A DNA stretch of 64,000 nucleotides from Candidatus Falkowbacteria bacterium (lineage in GTDB: Bacteria; Patescibacteriota; Patescibacteriia; Patescibacteriales; Patescibacteriaceae), in NCBI GenBank assembly GCA_903897785.1, contig CAIUCZ010000030.1, forward strand, positions 18,212 to 82,211, in the 5' to 3' direction. Below, one piece after another: positions 42,896-51,102 of the stretch. A program made the position numbers and the translations under genes. A model generated the notes under the pieces. The model worked only from the letters and a program-made list of their open reading frames with translations. It did not search any database and was not told the origin of the DNA. Positions within the stretch are counted from its first letter, which is position 1. Each line of letters opens with the position of its first letter.

Positions 42896-45355
42896 TCAGC
42901 AACTATTCACATATAGCGGATCAATCAACCCGATCAGCCGGCTGGGCGTCATTGGCCGACCAAAGCCGTCAAACTGGCTATAAGACAGGTATACACCTGC
43001 TCGCGCCCGGGTCAAAGCGACATAAAACAAGCGTAGCTCTTCTTCAAAATCAGCTTTATACATCGGGAAATGAAATTCGTTCAGCTTGACCAAAAAAACA
43101 TAATCAAACTCCAAGCCCTTGGCGGCATGCACCGTAATAATCGGCACCTTCCCCTGCTCCAGTCCCAAGAAGTCTAAATTTTTAACCAGACTGGCGTAAT
43201 TAATTAATTCTTGCAAAGCGACGTTGCTCGGTTTTTGAGGATCGTCTTTTTGCGCGAATAACTGGGCCAGCGCGTCAAAAGATTTTAGTCGTTTGTTAGA
43301 GTCCGGCTCTTTGGCATAATATTCCCGCAAACCGGAATCATCCAAAATTTTATTCAAGGCTTCGGCTGGCCGGACTTTGGTAATTAGTGCTTGCCAGTCC
43401 TCAATCATTTTTGCCAAAACGACAAATTTTTTGGAAAATTCTTGAAACAATTCGCGCCGTTTGCTTGTTCCGGTTCGGGCCAAATTAATCAGGTACTCAA
43501 GCAAGCCGACCGTCGCCGCTACGTCGTCATCGGCGCTATGGGTGGCACTGGCCAGATTTAAATTTTTGGCCAAGGTTGACAGGCGATAATTTTCCGATTG
43601 CACAAACCGTTTGGCCAAATCCAAGGTGTCATAATAATCCGCGGCTTGAAAATTTAGGCCATAGCGCGCGCTGTTGTTGGTAATCATCGTCAAATCAAAA
43701 TTAACATTATGGCCGACGACAATCGCTTGGCCGACAAAATTTTTGAGCTTGCCTAAAATTTCTTTGGGCTCGTGGCCGTTTTCGCGTAAAAATTGATCGG
43801 ACAGTTTGTGCACTTGCTCGGACGTGCCGACCGGCTTTTGATTTTTAATATAATAATGAAATTCCTCGCCCGCCCGGCCGTTGATTAATTCCACGGCATA
43901 AATCTGAATAATTTCATCCGTCTGAAAATTTACACCGGTGGTCTCCGTGTCCAAAACGACAATTCGACCATGAGCAAAGGCGTCGAGCAAGGGGGCGAAC
44001 GGTTCAGTCAGCTGATAATTTTTAAAGCTCAACAAATCGGAGACTTTCAGACCGACCGGGTTGCCCTCGGCGCGAATCTTGTTTAAAGTCGCCTGTCCAA
44101 TAGCGCGTGCTGGGCGCTCCACCAAACGATAAGCCGCGTCTAGGTCAAATTTATTAAAAATAATTTTTAAATAAGCATAAATGTCTTTGACCTCTTGGCG
44201 CCGAAAAAAATTATATTGGTCAACCGTGATGTGGGCGATATTTTCTTTGGCAAAAATTTCCGCCAGATCGCTAATCGGCTGATTGGCTCGAGCCAGTACC
44301 GCAATCGTCGCCTTGGGTTCACGCGCGCGCAAGTCTTTGATTTGTGAGACCACCGAAGTCGCCTCTTCGGCAAAGTTGTAGCCGGCAAACAACTGCACGC
44401 ATTTTTCCGGTCCCTCGGCCGCACTGGCGCCGGTTAGTTCTTTGGTATTTTGTTGTTTGAAATTTTGCAAAACAGATTTGATAGCCGCCAATAGCTGCGG
44501 ATTGAACCGATAATTAATGCTCAAATTTAATTTTGTCACCGGCGCAAAATGCGTTTTGAATAACTCGGCAATATATTTTGGTTTACTGCCGCGCCAGCCA
44601 TAAATCGTCTGGTCCAGATCGCCGATCAAAGCTAAATTTTTATGCACGCGCGCCAATTGTTTAACCACCAAATATTCGGACAAATGCGTGTCTTGAAATT
44701 CATCCAGCTGAATAAATTTAAACCGGCGCGACCATTTGTTTTTTAACTCATCGTCTAAATAAAGTGCGCGCAAAGTCAGATAAACCAGTTGATTAAAATC
44801 CACGGCGTTTTGCTGCAATAGAACTTGCTCATATTTCTGGCCGAGCTCCACCAGCTGCGCCGGCAAATTAACCGGCTCCACCTGGTAGCCAATGGCAATT
44901 TCCAGCTGCGTTATTTTGTAACGATAAAGCCGTTCCAGTAAATCTAAAATCGCCCGCTTTTCTCGAGCAATCGGCGCACGCGGGTAATCGGCTAAAAGAT
45001 TATTCATGACGGCCGCCTGCTCATCTTCGTCCATAATGACAAAATCTGCGGTCAGCCCGAGAGCTTTGCTTTCGGCTTTTAAAAAATAGGCACAAAAACC
45101 GTGAAAAGTGTTAATCACCACCTCGCCCGACTGGCTAACGTCCGCTAAACACTGGCGTAAGCGCGTTTTCATTTCTTCGGCCGCTTTGTTGGTAAAGGTC
45201 AGGCACAAAATCTCAGCCGGCGCAACCCCCGCTTTTATGGCTGAAATCACGCGCTGGGCCAGGACAGTCGTCTTGCCCGTGCCGACCGGCGCGGAGATTA
45301 AATACGCGCCAAAAACACTGTCGATTATTTTTTGTTGTTGTTCGTTGAAGTTCAT
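42896..45355 (-). CDS. UvrD/PcrA/Rep-type SF1 helicase with embedded DEDDh 3'-5' exonuclease domain
   Basis: Helicase motifs APVGTGKT, LDEFQDT, IYGWRG, VHAAKGLEFDYVFL and YVALTRAR. Exonuclease motifs VLDTETTG, GHNVNFD and HSADDDV lie at about aa 464-625 (43481-43966). Start set to the ATG at 45355. Confidence 0.88.
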   Translation of the reverse strand: MNFNEQQQKIIDSVFGAYLISAPVGTGKTTVLAQRVISAIKAGVAPAEILCLTFTNKAAEEMKTRLRQCLADVSQSGEVVINTFHGFCAYFLKAESKALGLTADFVIMDEDEQAAVMNNLLADYPRAPIAREKRAILDLLERLYRYKITQLEIAIGYQVEPVNLPAQLVELGQKYEQVLLQQNAVDFNQLVYLTLRALYLDDELKNKWSRRFKFIQLDEFQDTHLSEYLVVKQLARVHKNLALIGDLDQTIYGWRGSKPKYIAELFKTHFAPVTKLNLSINYRFNPQLLAAIKSVLQNFKQQNTKELTGASAAEGPEKCVQLFAGYNFAEEATSVVSQIKDLRAREPKATIAVLARANQPISDLAEIFAKENIAHITVDQYNFFRRQEVKDIYAYLKIIFNKFDLDAAYRLVERPARAIGQATLNKIRAEGNPVGLKVSDLLSFKNYQLTEPFAPLLDAFAHGRIVVLDTETTGVNFQTDEIIQIYAVELINGRAGEEFHYYIKNQKPVGTSEQVHKLSDQFLRENGHEPKEILGKLKNFVGQAIVVGHNVNFDLTMITNNSARYGLNFQAADYYDTLDLAKRFVQSENYRLSTLAKNLNLASATHSADDDVAATVGLLEYLINLARTGTSKRRELFQEFSKKFVVLAKMIEDWQALITKVRPAEALNKILDDSGLREYYAKEPDSNKRLKSFDALAQLFAQKDDPQKPSNVALQELINYASLVKNLDFLGLEQGKVPIITVHAAKGLEFDYVFLVKLNEFHFPMYKADFEEELRLFYVALTRARAGVYLSYSQFDGFGRPMTPSRLIGLIDPLYVNSC

Positions 45356-45382
45356 ATACTTATAATAAACCCTTCCTATTTG

Positions 45383-45461
45383 GTCATCCCGGCGTATGCC
45401 GGGATCCAGTTTCATCTGCTTCGTTCGTGAATTTCTGGATACTGGCATACGCCGGTATGAC
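45383..45461. repeat. A-family hairpin repeat
   Basis: gtcatcccggcgtatgccgggatccag / ctggatactggcatacgccggtatgac. Confidence 0.85.
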
Positions 45462-45465
45462 AGTA

Positions 45466-46200
45466 CTATTTCTTTAGGTAATGCTGTCGCTTCTCTTCCG
45501 GCAATCTTTCAATCGCATACCTTAGCATTGTCCGCGGCATCTTTTTGCCATGCTCGTCTAAAAACTTTGCCAAAACTTTAACGTCGCGTTTGCCAATCTC
45601 GCGCAACATCCAGCCGACTGCTTTGTGCATTAAGTCGTGCTGATCGGTCAATGATAATTTGGCAATTTTTAAAGCATCGACAAATTGATTGTGTTTGATA
45701 AATTGAAAAGTCGCCAGCACGGCAATCCGCCGTTCCCACAAATTTTTACTTTTGATCAGTTTATACAAAAGCCGGCGCGGTTGATTAAGCAAATAGCCGC
45801 CGACAATTTTTGGCGCGGTCAAATCCACCAAATCCCAATTGTTAATTTGTTTAGTGTGAGCTAAATAAAAATTAAAAATGTCATCCCGGCGGATGCCGGG
45901 ATCCAGAGCTTTTGTCTTTTTGCGCTCATCGTTTCCGGTTTCATATTGATCAACCAAAATCAACAAACCCGTCAGCCGCGCTTCGTGAAATTTGTTTTTG
46001 ATTAATTTTTCGATTTCGCTCAAAGCCAGGGCGCAATACTTTTTGGCGATGGCGCGCTGTTGCGGTACCATCACGCCCAAAAATTGATCACCCGCGCCGT
46101 ATTGGCCCGGCCCGGTTTTAAAAAATCCGGCCAGCAATTTAGCTTTGTCAGCGTTGGCGGCTTTTTGCAGATCCACCAAAACAAATTGAGAGCTGTTCAT
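45466..46200 (-). CDS. DNA alkylation repair protein (AlkC/AlkD HEAT-like repeat family)
   Basis: FFKTGPGQYGAGDQFLGV, NLWERRIAVLATFQF and KAVGWMLREIG. Start set to the ATG at 46200. Confidence 0.75.
   Translation of the reverse strand: MNSSQFVLVDLQKAANADKAKLLAGFFKTGPGQYGAGDQFLGVMVPQQRAIAKKYCALALSEIEKLIKNKFHEARLTGLLILVDQYETGNDERKKTKALDPGIRRDDIFNFYLAHTKQINNWDLVDLTAPKIVGGYLLNQPRRLLYKLIKSKNLWERRIAVLATFQFIKHNQFVDALKIAKLSLTDQHDLMHKAVGWMLREIGKRDVKVLAKFLDEHGKKMPRTMLRYAIERLPEEKRQHYLKK
45880..45906. repeat. single A-family arm in frame inside the alkD-like gene
   Basis: gtcatcccggcggatgccgggatccag, 26/27 identical to 45383-45409. Read on the minus strand as LDPGIRRDD. Confidence 0.8.
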
Positions 46201-46204
46201 GATT

Positions 46205-46918
46205 TTATTGCAAAGCAAAATCCACTTTGACGGTAATCATCACGTCTTTATCAATACTGGTAACGTCGTAGCTGCCATAATCGTCAACCGTCACCGTGTC
46301 GGCCGGCATCACCTGCACCACGCCCATGGTTACGCTTTTGACCGCGCCCAAGGTTTTGCCTGACGATTGAGCGATAATTTCCGCGCGGGCTCGAGCGTCT
46401 TTAATCGCCGCCGGCAACAGCGAGACGCGCAATTCCGGCAATTTTGTATAATTATATTCCACCGGATTGGGCGCGAAAAACACGCCTTGGTCAGATAAAA
46501 TCGCGCTGTTTTTGGCCAGCGACTTCATTTTTTGCACGTTGGTCGACTTCAAATCAATGCTCTGCGTCAAACTATATTGTTGCGGCGCGCCTTGGTTGTT
46601 GTTGTAAACCTGATTCATAAACACCGGCGAAATATCCACGTTTTTAAAACCTTGAGCTGTCAAAAAAGTGTTGACTGTTTTTTCATCCCCCTTCATCTGA
46701 TTATAACCGTCTTTCAGGGTGTCGGTGGTAATGCTGCGCGAAAAGTTGGCCGTCCAATGCGCCTGATCGGACGTGATGCGCTGTTTGGCCGAACCGGAGA
46801 CGGTAATCTCGTCGGTTACTTGCTTGGTTTTGAAAAAAGACCAAGAAAATATTGCCGAAGCGATGACCAAGCCCAGCGCTAAAACAATCCAGCCCCAAGT
46901 GTTTTTTTGCGAGTCCAT
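46205..46918 (-). CDS. SIMPL/DUF541-like periplasmic protein
   Basis: N-terminal TM or signal anchor; ITVSGSAKQRITSDQAHWTANF-type start typical of DUF541. Confidence 0.65.
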   Translation of the reverse strand: MDSQKNTWGWIVLALGLVIASAIFSWSFFKTKQVTDEITVSGSAKQRITSDQAHWTANFSRSITTDTLKDGYNQMKGDEKTVNTFLTAQGFKNVDISPVFMNQVYNNNQGAPQQYSLTQSIDLKSTNVQKMKSLAKNSAILSDQGVFFAPNPVEYNYTKLPELRVSLLPAAIKDARARAEIIAQSSGKTLGAVKSVTMGVVQVMPADTVTVDDYGSYDVTSIDKDVMITVKVDFALQ

Positions 46919-47021
46919 AAAATTAAGCTTAATGAATTATCTAAGAATTATAGGGCTTTATCAACGGCCAGTCAATAAAAAAGTCGCCCTGACCGGAACG
47001 ACTTCAATAACCGCCACCGCC

Positions 47022-47052
47022 CTGCCGTCCCGACGCAATGTCGGGACGGCAG
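47022..47052. repeat. perfect 13-bp hairpin (CTGCCGTCCCGAC...)
   Basis: ctgccgtcccgac gcaat gtcgggacggcag. Half-copies at 49755-49768 and 48040-48060. Confidence 0.75.
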
Positions 47053-47056
47053 TCTT

Positions 47057-47098
47057 AAAATCAAAAGCGTCGTAGTCCTCTGCGAGAGACTACGACGC
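47057..47098 (-). terminator. intrinsic terminator after the SPFH gene
   Basis: Minus strand: gcgtcgtagtc tctcgcagag gactacgacgc followed by ttttgatttt. Confidence 0.65.
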
Positions 47099-47172
47099 GG
47101 CTGCGAAGTTTAAACCAACGTTTACATTTATTATTCTGTTGCGCTTTTTACACCTTTACCACCGGCTTTGCT

Positions 47173-47949
47173 CTACGAAGCTTTAGCGGAGGAGAGCCCG
47201 TTGATCGAATCCATTTTGACCGTGTTCAGCACCTCCTGCACAGTCGTCATCAACTGCGCCGGGAAAATAATGGTGGAATTTTTCTCCACACTAATCTCGG
47301 ACAAAGTCTGCAAAGTGCGCAGCTGCAAAGCAATCGGATGATTCATAATAATATCCGCCGCTTGGCCAAGCTTGACCGCCGCCTGGAACTCGCCCTCGGC
47401 CGCCACAATCTTGGCCCGGCGTTCACGCTCGGCTTCGGCTTCTTTGGCCATGGCCCGCTGCATATTATCCGGTAAAGTAATATCCTTGATTTCCACAGCT
47501 GTTACCTGCGCGCCCCACGGTTCGGTGTGGGTATCAATCACGTTTTTTATTTTTTCATTAATCTCCGAGGTCTGCGACAACAACTGATCCAGCTGGAATT
47601 GACCGACAACATTACGCACTGTCGTCTGGCTGATTTGGTTGACCGCGTCATAAACATTTTCAATCCCGACCACAGATTTTTGCGGATCGACAATGTGGTA
47701 ATAAGCCACGGCGGCAATGTCGATCGAAACATTGTCTTTGGTAATAATTTTTTGCGACGGGATGTTCATGGTAACGGTGCGCAAAGTAGCCCGGCTCATC
47801 TGTTCAAAAATCGGAATCAAAAAAATCAAGCCCGGTCCGCGCACACCCGTGCAACGCCCGAGGAAAAAGATGACTCCCCGCTCGTATTCTTTGAGCACGC
47901 GCAAAGAATAGAAAAACAGAATCACGACTACCGCTAGAAAGTACCACAT
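47173..47949 (-). CDS. SPFH/Band 7 (stomatin-like) protein
   Basis: N-terminal TM helix, [12 protein letters not shown], and coiled [12 protein letters not shown]. The last residues SSAKAS are encoded by a repeat word. Confidence 0.9.
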   Translation of the reverse strand: MWYFLAVVVILFFYSLRVLKEYERGVIFFLGRCTGVRGPGLIFLIPIFEQMSRATLRTVTMNIPSQKIITKDNVSIDIAAVAYYHIVDPQKSVVGIENVYDAVNQISQTTVRNVVGQFQLDQLLSQTSEINEKIKNVIDTHTEPWGAQVTAVEIKDITLPDNMQRAMAKEAEAERERRAKIVAAEGEFQAAVKLGQAADIIMNHPIALQLRTLQTLSEISVEKNSTIIFPAQLMTTVQEVLNTVKMDSINGLSSAKAS

Positions 47950-48032
47950 AAAGTTAATATTAGTTTAGCCTCAAATAGGCTAATTCACTAGCTTTAAGTC
48001 TAGCCCTTTGCCGACAAAATGCAAGCGAGTAA

Positions 48033-48067
48033 TAAAAAAGCCGTCCCAACGTCCGTCGGAATGGCTT
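48033..48067 (-). terminator. intrinsic terminator after the 48081-48509 gene
   Basis: Minus strand: aagccattcc gacggacgttg ggacggctt followed by ttttttatt. Confidence 0.55.
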
Positions 48068-48080
48068 AAAACGCTTTTTG

Positions 48081-48509
48081 TCAATGCTTGATGACCCATT
48101 TTTGATAAATGTCCTCAAAAACCTGAAAACAGTCTTTGTTCCGCTCGCGCAGATAATAATCATCAAATCCGCCTGTCAAATCAATTTTACCGACGGTTTC
48201 GGTCAACAAGATTATCGGAAAATCGCCTGTTCGTTTATTTCGGATATTACGAACAATGACATTAGCGCTAATCGGCACATCGTGACCGATTACCATGTTA
48301 TTGGAAATAACCAGCACCGTCGGCTCTTCTTTGGTCAGAGCCAATTCCAGATCCATCATGGTGGGCCAAAATTCCACGTCATAAGGCGTGGGGCGCACAT
48401 CTTCAAAAGTAACAACTTCGTGCCAAACGCGTTCATTCAAATATTGTTCCGGCACGTGCTCGTAGCCTTTGGACAAACCGACTACGATTTTACATCTTTC
48501 ATTCATCAC
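48081..48509 (-). CDS. hypothetical protein, possibly a receiver-like (pseudo-REC) fold
   Basis: 142 aa. VLVISNNMV ... FPIILLTE ... GFDDYYL lines up by eye with the CheY beta3, beta4 and beta5 segments, but the acidic pocket and phospho-Asp are absent. Confidence 0.45.
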   Translation of the reverse strand: MMNERCKIVVGLSKGYEHVPEQYLNERVWHEVVTFEDVRPTPYDVEFWPTMMDLELALTKEEPTVLVISNNMVIGHDVPISANVIVRNIRNKRTGDFPIILLTETVGKIDLTGGFDDYYLRERNKDCFQVFEDIYQKWVIKH

Positions 48510-48644
48510 GTCTCCTCTGGTTTAATTTAAAATAACTAATTTCTGGTCATAATTTACGATTAATCTGACACCCTGTCAATAGTTGACTTTTTTTGTAAAT
48601 TATTCTTTAATTAAAGCCGACTGTTCTTTCAAACTGAGGTTGCC

Positions 48645-48923
48645 ATGAACAAAAAATACAAAACTTCGATTACCATTCAATCCCTCAAACCGCTGGCCAA
48701 GGTAATCTTCTACCCGCCGCTGGCCATAATCGGCCTACTACTGGCGCTTTATTTACTCGCCGGCATCGGTTTGGCAATTTATTGGCTTATTTCCACTCTG
48801 TGGTATATTTTTTTGCCGCTGATCGCCGTCCTTATCGTCTGGTTTATTATTGCCTTTATTAAAAGCTTTTTCAGTAGTAGTGATGATTCTTACGTCGATT
48901 CGGTTGAGCCATGGATTTGGTAA
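48645..48923 (+). CDS. small hypothetical membrane protein
   Basis: GAGG RBS 6 nt upstream; 92 aa with 2-3 TM helices. Confidence 0.5.
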   Translation: MNKKYKTSITIQSLKPLAKVIFYPPLAIIGLLLALYLLAGIGLAIYWLISTLWYIFLPLIAVLIVWFIIAFIKSFFSSSDDSYVDSVEPWIW

Positions 48924-48999
48924 AAACAAAAATCCCGATTCTTTCGGGATTTTTTTAATTTTATTCGGCGCAAAAGCGCCGGACGGTCAACGGTTCAAC

Positions 49000-49194
49000 T
49001 CAACCGTTGTTGGGCTTGCTTTGTTCGATTCGCTCCCAGATGCCGACTGCTTTCAAGCCGACCAAGGCGATAAAGATGACTATGCCGAACGGACCGAACA
49101 GCATAAAAAACAACCAAGCAAAAAAAATAATCACGGCGACAATGCCTAAAAGCTTTCGCCAATTGCCTGTAATTCGACTCAATTGAAATCTCAT
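49000..49194 (-). CDS. small hypothetical membrane protein
   Basis: 64 aa with two hydrophobic helices. Confidence 0.4.
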   Translation of the reverse strand: MRFQLSRITGNWRKLLGIVAVIIFFAWLFFMLFGPFGIVIFIALVGLKAVGIWERIEQSKPNNG

Positions 49195-49386
49195 TTTAAA
49201 AATCCTTTCTTACAAAGAACAACAAATCTGCTATTTTTATGGTAACAAAAAGGTTTATTTTTAGCAAATTTCCAGGCAAAATCGTGCCATTGACAAGATT
49301 ATAAATTTCTGCTATCCTTAGAGCTAAGTAAATTAATTTAGAAAAATCGTCGAGCTTCACAAATTTTTTTCTTTGCCTCGCCATAG

Positions 49387-49429
49387 CTCCATCGGAGCGA
49401 AGGCGGGCTTCGTCCGCCGATGAGGCGGA
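49387..49429. repeat. J-family small hairpins in the csp 5' leader region
   Basis: ctccatcggag, cgaaggcgggcttcg, tccgccgatgaggcgga. Confidence 0.6.
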
Positions 49430-49454
49430 AACTTATTAAATTAGCTTCAAAACA

Positions 49455-49652
49455 ATGAACGGTGTTATCAAAAAAAAGACTGACAAGGGTTTTGGTTTCA
49501 TTACCCCGGAAGGTCAAACTACCGATTTATTCTTTCACAGCAACAACTTGGTTGGCATCACTTTTGACCAACTTCAAGAAGGTGACCGTGTTACTTTTGA
49601 AAGCGAACAATCCCCGAAGGGTTTGAACGCGGTCAATGTGCAAAAAGCGTAA
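49455..49652 (+). CDS. cspA: cold shock protein (CspA family)
   Basis: KGFGFITPEG (RNP1) and LFFH (RNP2); 65 aa. Confidence 0.93.
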   Translation: MNGVIKKKTDKGFGFITPEGQTTDLFFHSNNLVGITFDQLQEGDRVTFESEQSPKGLNAVNVQKA

Positions 49653-49676
49653 AGACGCAAAATCTTGCGTCTCTAC
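49653..49676 (+). terminator. H-family hairpin acting as the csp terminator
   Basis: agacgcaaaatcttgcgtct followed by ctacatttt. Confidence 0.55.
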
Positions 49677-49693
49677 ATTTTGTAGAATAAACC

Positions 49694-49731
49694 AAAAACT
49701 CCCCCGATGAAAATCGAGGGAGTTTTTGTTT
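49694..49731. terminator. bidirectional intrinsic terminator
   Basis: aaaaactccc ccgatgaaaatcga gggagttttt. Confidence 0.65.
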
Positions 49732-49791
49732 TAAAACGCCGCCCCGGCAAAACGTCGGGACGGCGAGGCAGAATTATTTTTTATTACAAAA

Positions 49792-49819
49792 GTAGAGACG
49801 CATCGCCATGCGTCTCTAC
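49792..49819 (-). terminator. H-family hairpin acting as terminator of the rpsI-ending operon
   Basis: gtagagacgcatcgccatgcgtctctac, with a T-run (ttttgtaataaaaaa) following on the minus strand. Confidence 0.6.
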
Positions 49820-49863
49820 GCGTAATATTTTATTGCGACAATCAGACATCCGAAATCCGATAT

Positions 49864-50301
49864 CTATCGCTTGGCCCACTGTGGCGCGCGTCTGGCTTTT
49901 TTCAAACCCGGTTTCTTTCTTTCCTTTTCTCTGGCATCGCGAGTCATCAAATCTTTGGCTTTCAAGGCCGGTTTTAATTCAGGATCAAATTTGACCAAAG
50001 CGCGAGTAATGCCGTGGCGGACCGCTTCGGCCTGGCCGACTTTGCCGCCGCCTTTAACCAAAACAGAAAAATCAAACGTTTTTTGATTGGTCAATTTCAA
50101 AGATTGCAAAACAATTTCCTGTTCATTGTCGGCCGGGAAATATTTTTCCAAAGGCATGCCGTTAATGACAACTTTGTTGCTCCCGCCCTCGTATAAACGA
50201 ACTTGGGCGCTGGCACGTTTGCGCCGACCGATGGAACTAATATATTTAGTTGCCGGCATCGCAATCGTCTCTTCGGTTTTACTGACAGTTTTAGTAGCCA
50301 T
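49864..50301 (-). CDS. rpsI: 30S ribosomal protein S9
   Basis: GRRKRASAQVRL, GGGKVGQAEAVRHGITRAL, and C-terminal RRAPQWAKR. Confidence 0.95.
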   Translation of the reverse strand: MATKTVSKTEETIAMPATKYISSIGRRKRASAQVRLYEGGSNKVVINGMPLEKYFPADNEQEIVLQSLKLTNQKTFDFSVLVKGGGKVGQAEAVRHGITRALVKFDPELKPALKAKDLMTRDAREKERKKPGLKKARRAPQWAKR

Positions 50302-50303
50302 AA

Positions 50304-50660
50304 TTATTTGATGTTTAATCTTTTCAACATGCCGTTGCGCAAACGATTATCCGGCAACATCTCCCGCACGGCGCGAAAAATAATATCACCCGGATTATTT
50401 TTATTAATCTCGGACATTTTTTTGGTTTTGAGGCCGCCCGGATAACCGGAAAAGCTGTAATAAACGCGTTGGCCCAATTTTTTGCCGCTGAATTTCAGTT
50501 TATCGGCGTTAATCACTTCCACGATATCACCATTGTCGATATGAGGCTGATAGCTGACTTTGTGTTTACCGCGCAGCACCGTGGCGATTCTGGTCGCCAA
50601 ACGGCCGACGGTTTGATCGGTAGCGTCAAATTTTTGAATTTTTCTTGAAATTTCTGGCAT
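50304..50660 (-). CDS. rplM: 50S ribosomal protein L13 (short form, 118 aa)
   Basis: DATDQTVGRLATRIATVLRGKHK, DNGDIVEVINADK, GYPGGLK. Confidence 0.93.
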   Translation of the reverse strand: MPEISRKIQKFDATDQTVGRLATRIATVLRGKHKVSYQPHIDNGDIVEVINADKLKFSGKKLGQRVYYSFSGYPGGLKTKKMSEINKNNPGDIIFRAVREMLPDNRLRNGMLKRLNIK

Positions 50661-50664
50661 AGTT

Positions 50665-51015
50665 TTAAACTAATTCTAATTGCACCATTTGGGCGCCGTC
50701 ACCAACCCGCTTGCTTAGACGAATAATGCGCGTATAACCACCCGGGCGTTCGGCGTACCGTTTGCCTAAAACATCCATCGCTTTTTTGACAGCCAATGGT
50801 TGAGGCAAGTTGGAAATTAAACTGCGGCGAGCCGTCAAATCACCGGTCTTGGCCGTGGTGATCATTTTTTCTACCAAAGGTTTGCACGCTTTGGCTTTGG
50901 CTTCGGTCGTTTTGATTTTCTCGTACAACAAAAGACTGGCCGCCATGTTTCTTAACATCATTTCGCGAGCTGCTTTCGGTCTGTCTAAAATTACTCCTTT
51001 GTTGCGATGGCGCAT
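50665..51015 (-). CDS. rplQ: 50S ribosomal protein L17
   Basis: MRHRNKG..LDRPKAAREMMLRNMAASLLLYEKIKTTEAKAK. Confidence 0.95.
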   Translation of the reverse strand: MRHRNKGVILDRPKAAREMMLRNMAASLLLYEKIKTTEAKAKACKPLVEKMITTAKTGDLTARRSLISNLPQPLAVKKAMDVLGKRYAERPGGYTRIIRLSKRVGDGAQMVQLELV

Positions 51016-51018
51016 ATA

Positions 51019-51095
51019 ATTAATACGGATCTACGAATTACGTTGGACTTGCTTCTGCCAAGACAGAGGCAAACACTACGAAACTACGAATTTTT
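51019..51095. repeat. CGAAT/TACGAA-word segment between rpoA and rplQ
   Basis: attaatacggatctacgaattacg ... cactacgaaactacgaatttttaatta. Confidence 0.6.
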
Positions 51096-51102
51096 AATTA
51101 TT

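Noticed and set aside
45356-45448. 31-aa N-terminal extension of the helicase ORF (MPVSRNSRTKQMKLDPGIRRDDQIGRVYYKY).
   Set aside because: It is encoded by the A-family intergenic repeat. The ATG at 45355 is followed closely by the conserved Walker A region, as in UvrD/PcrA.
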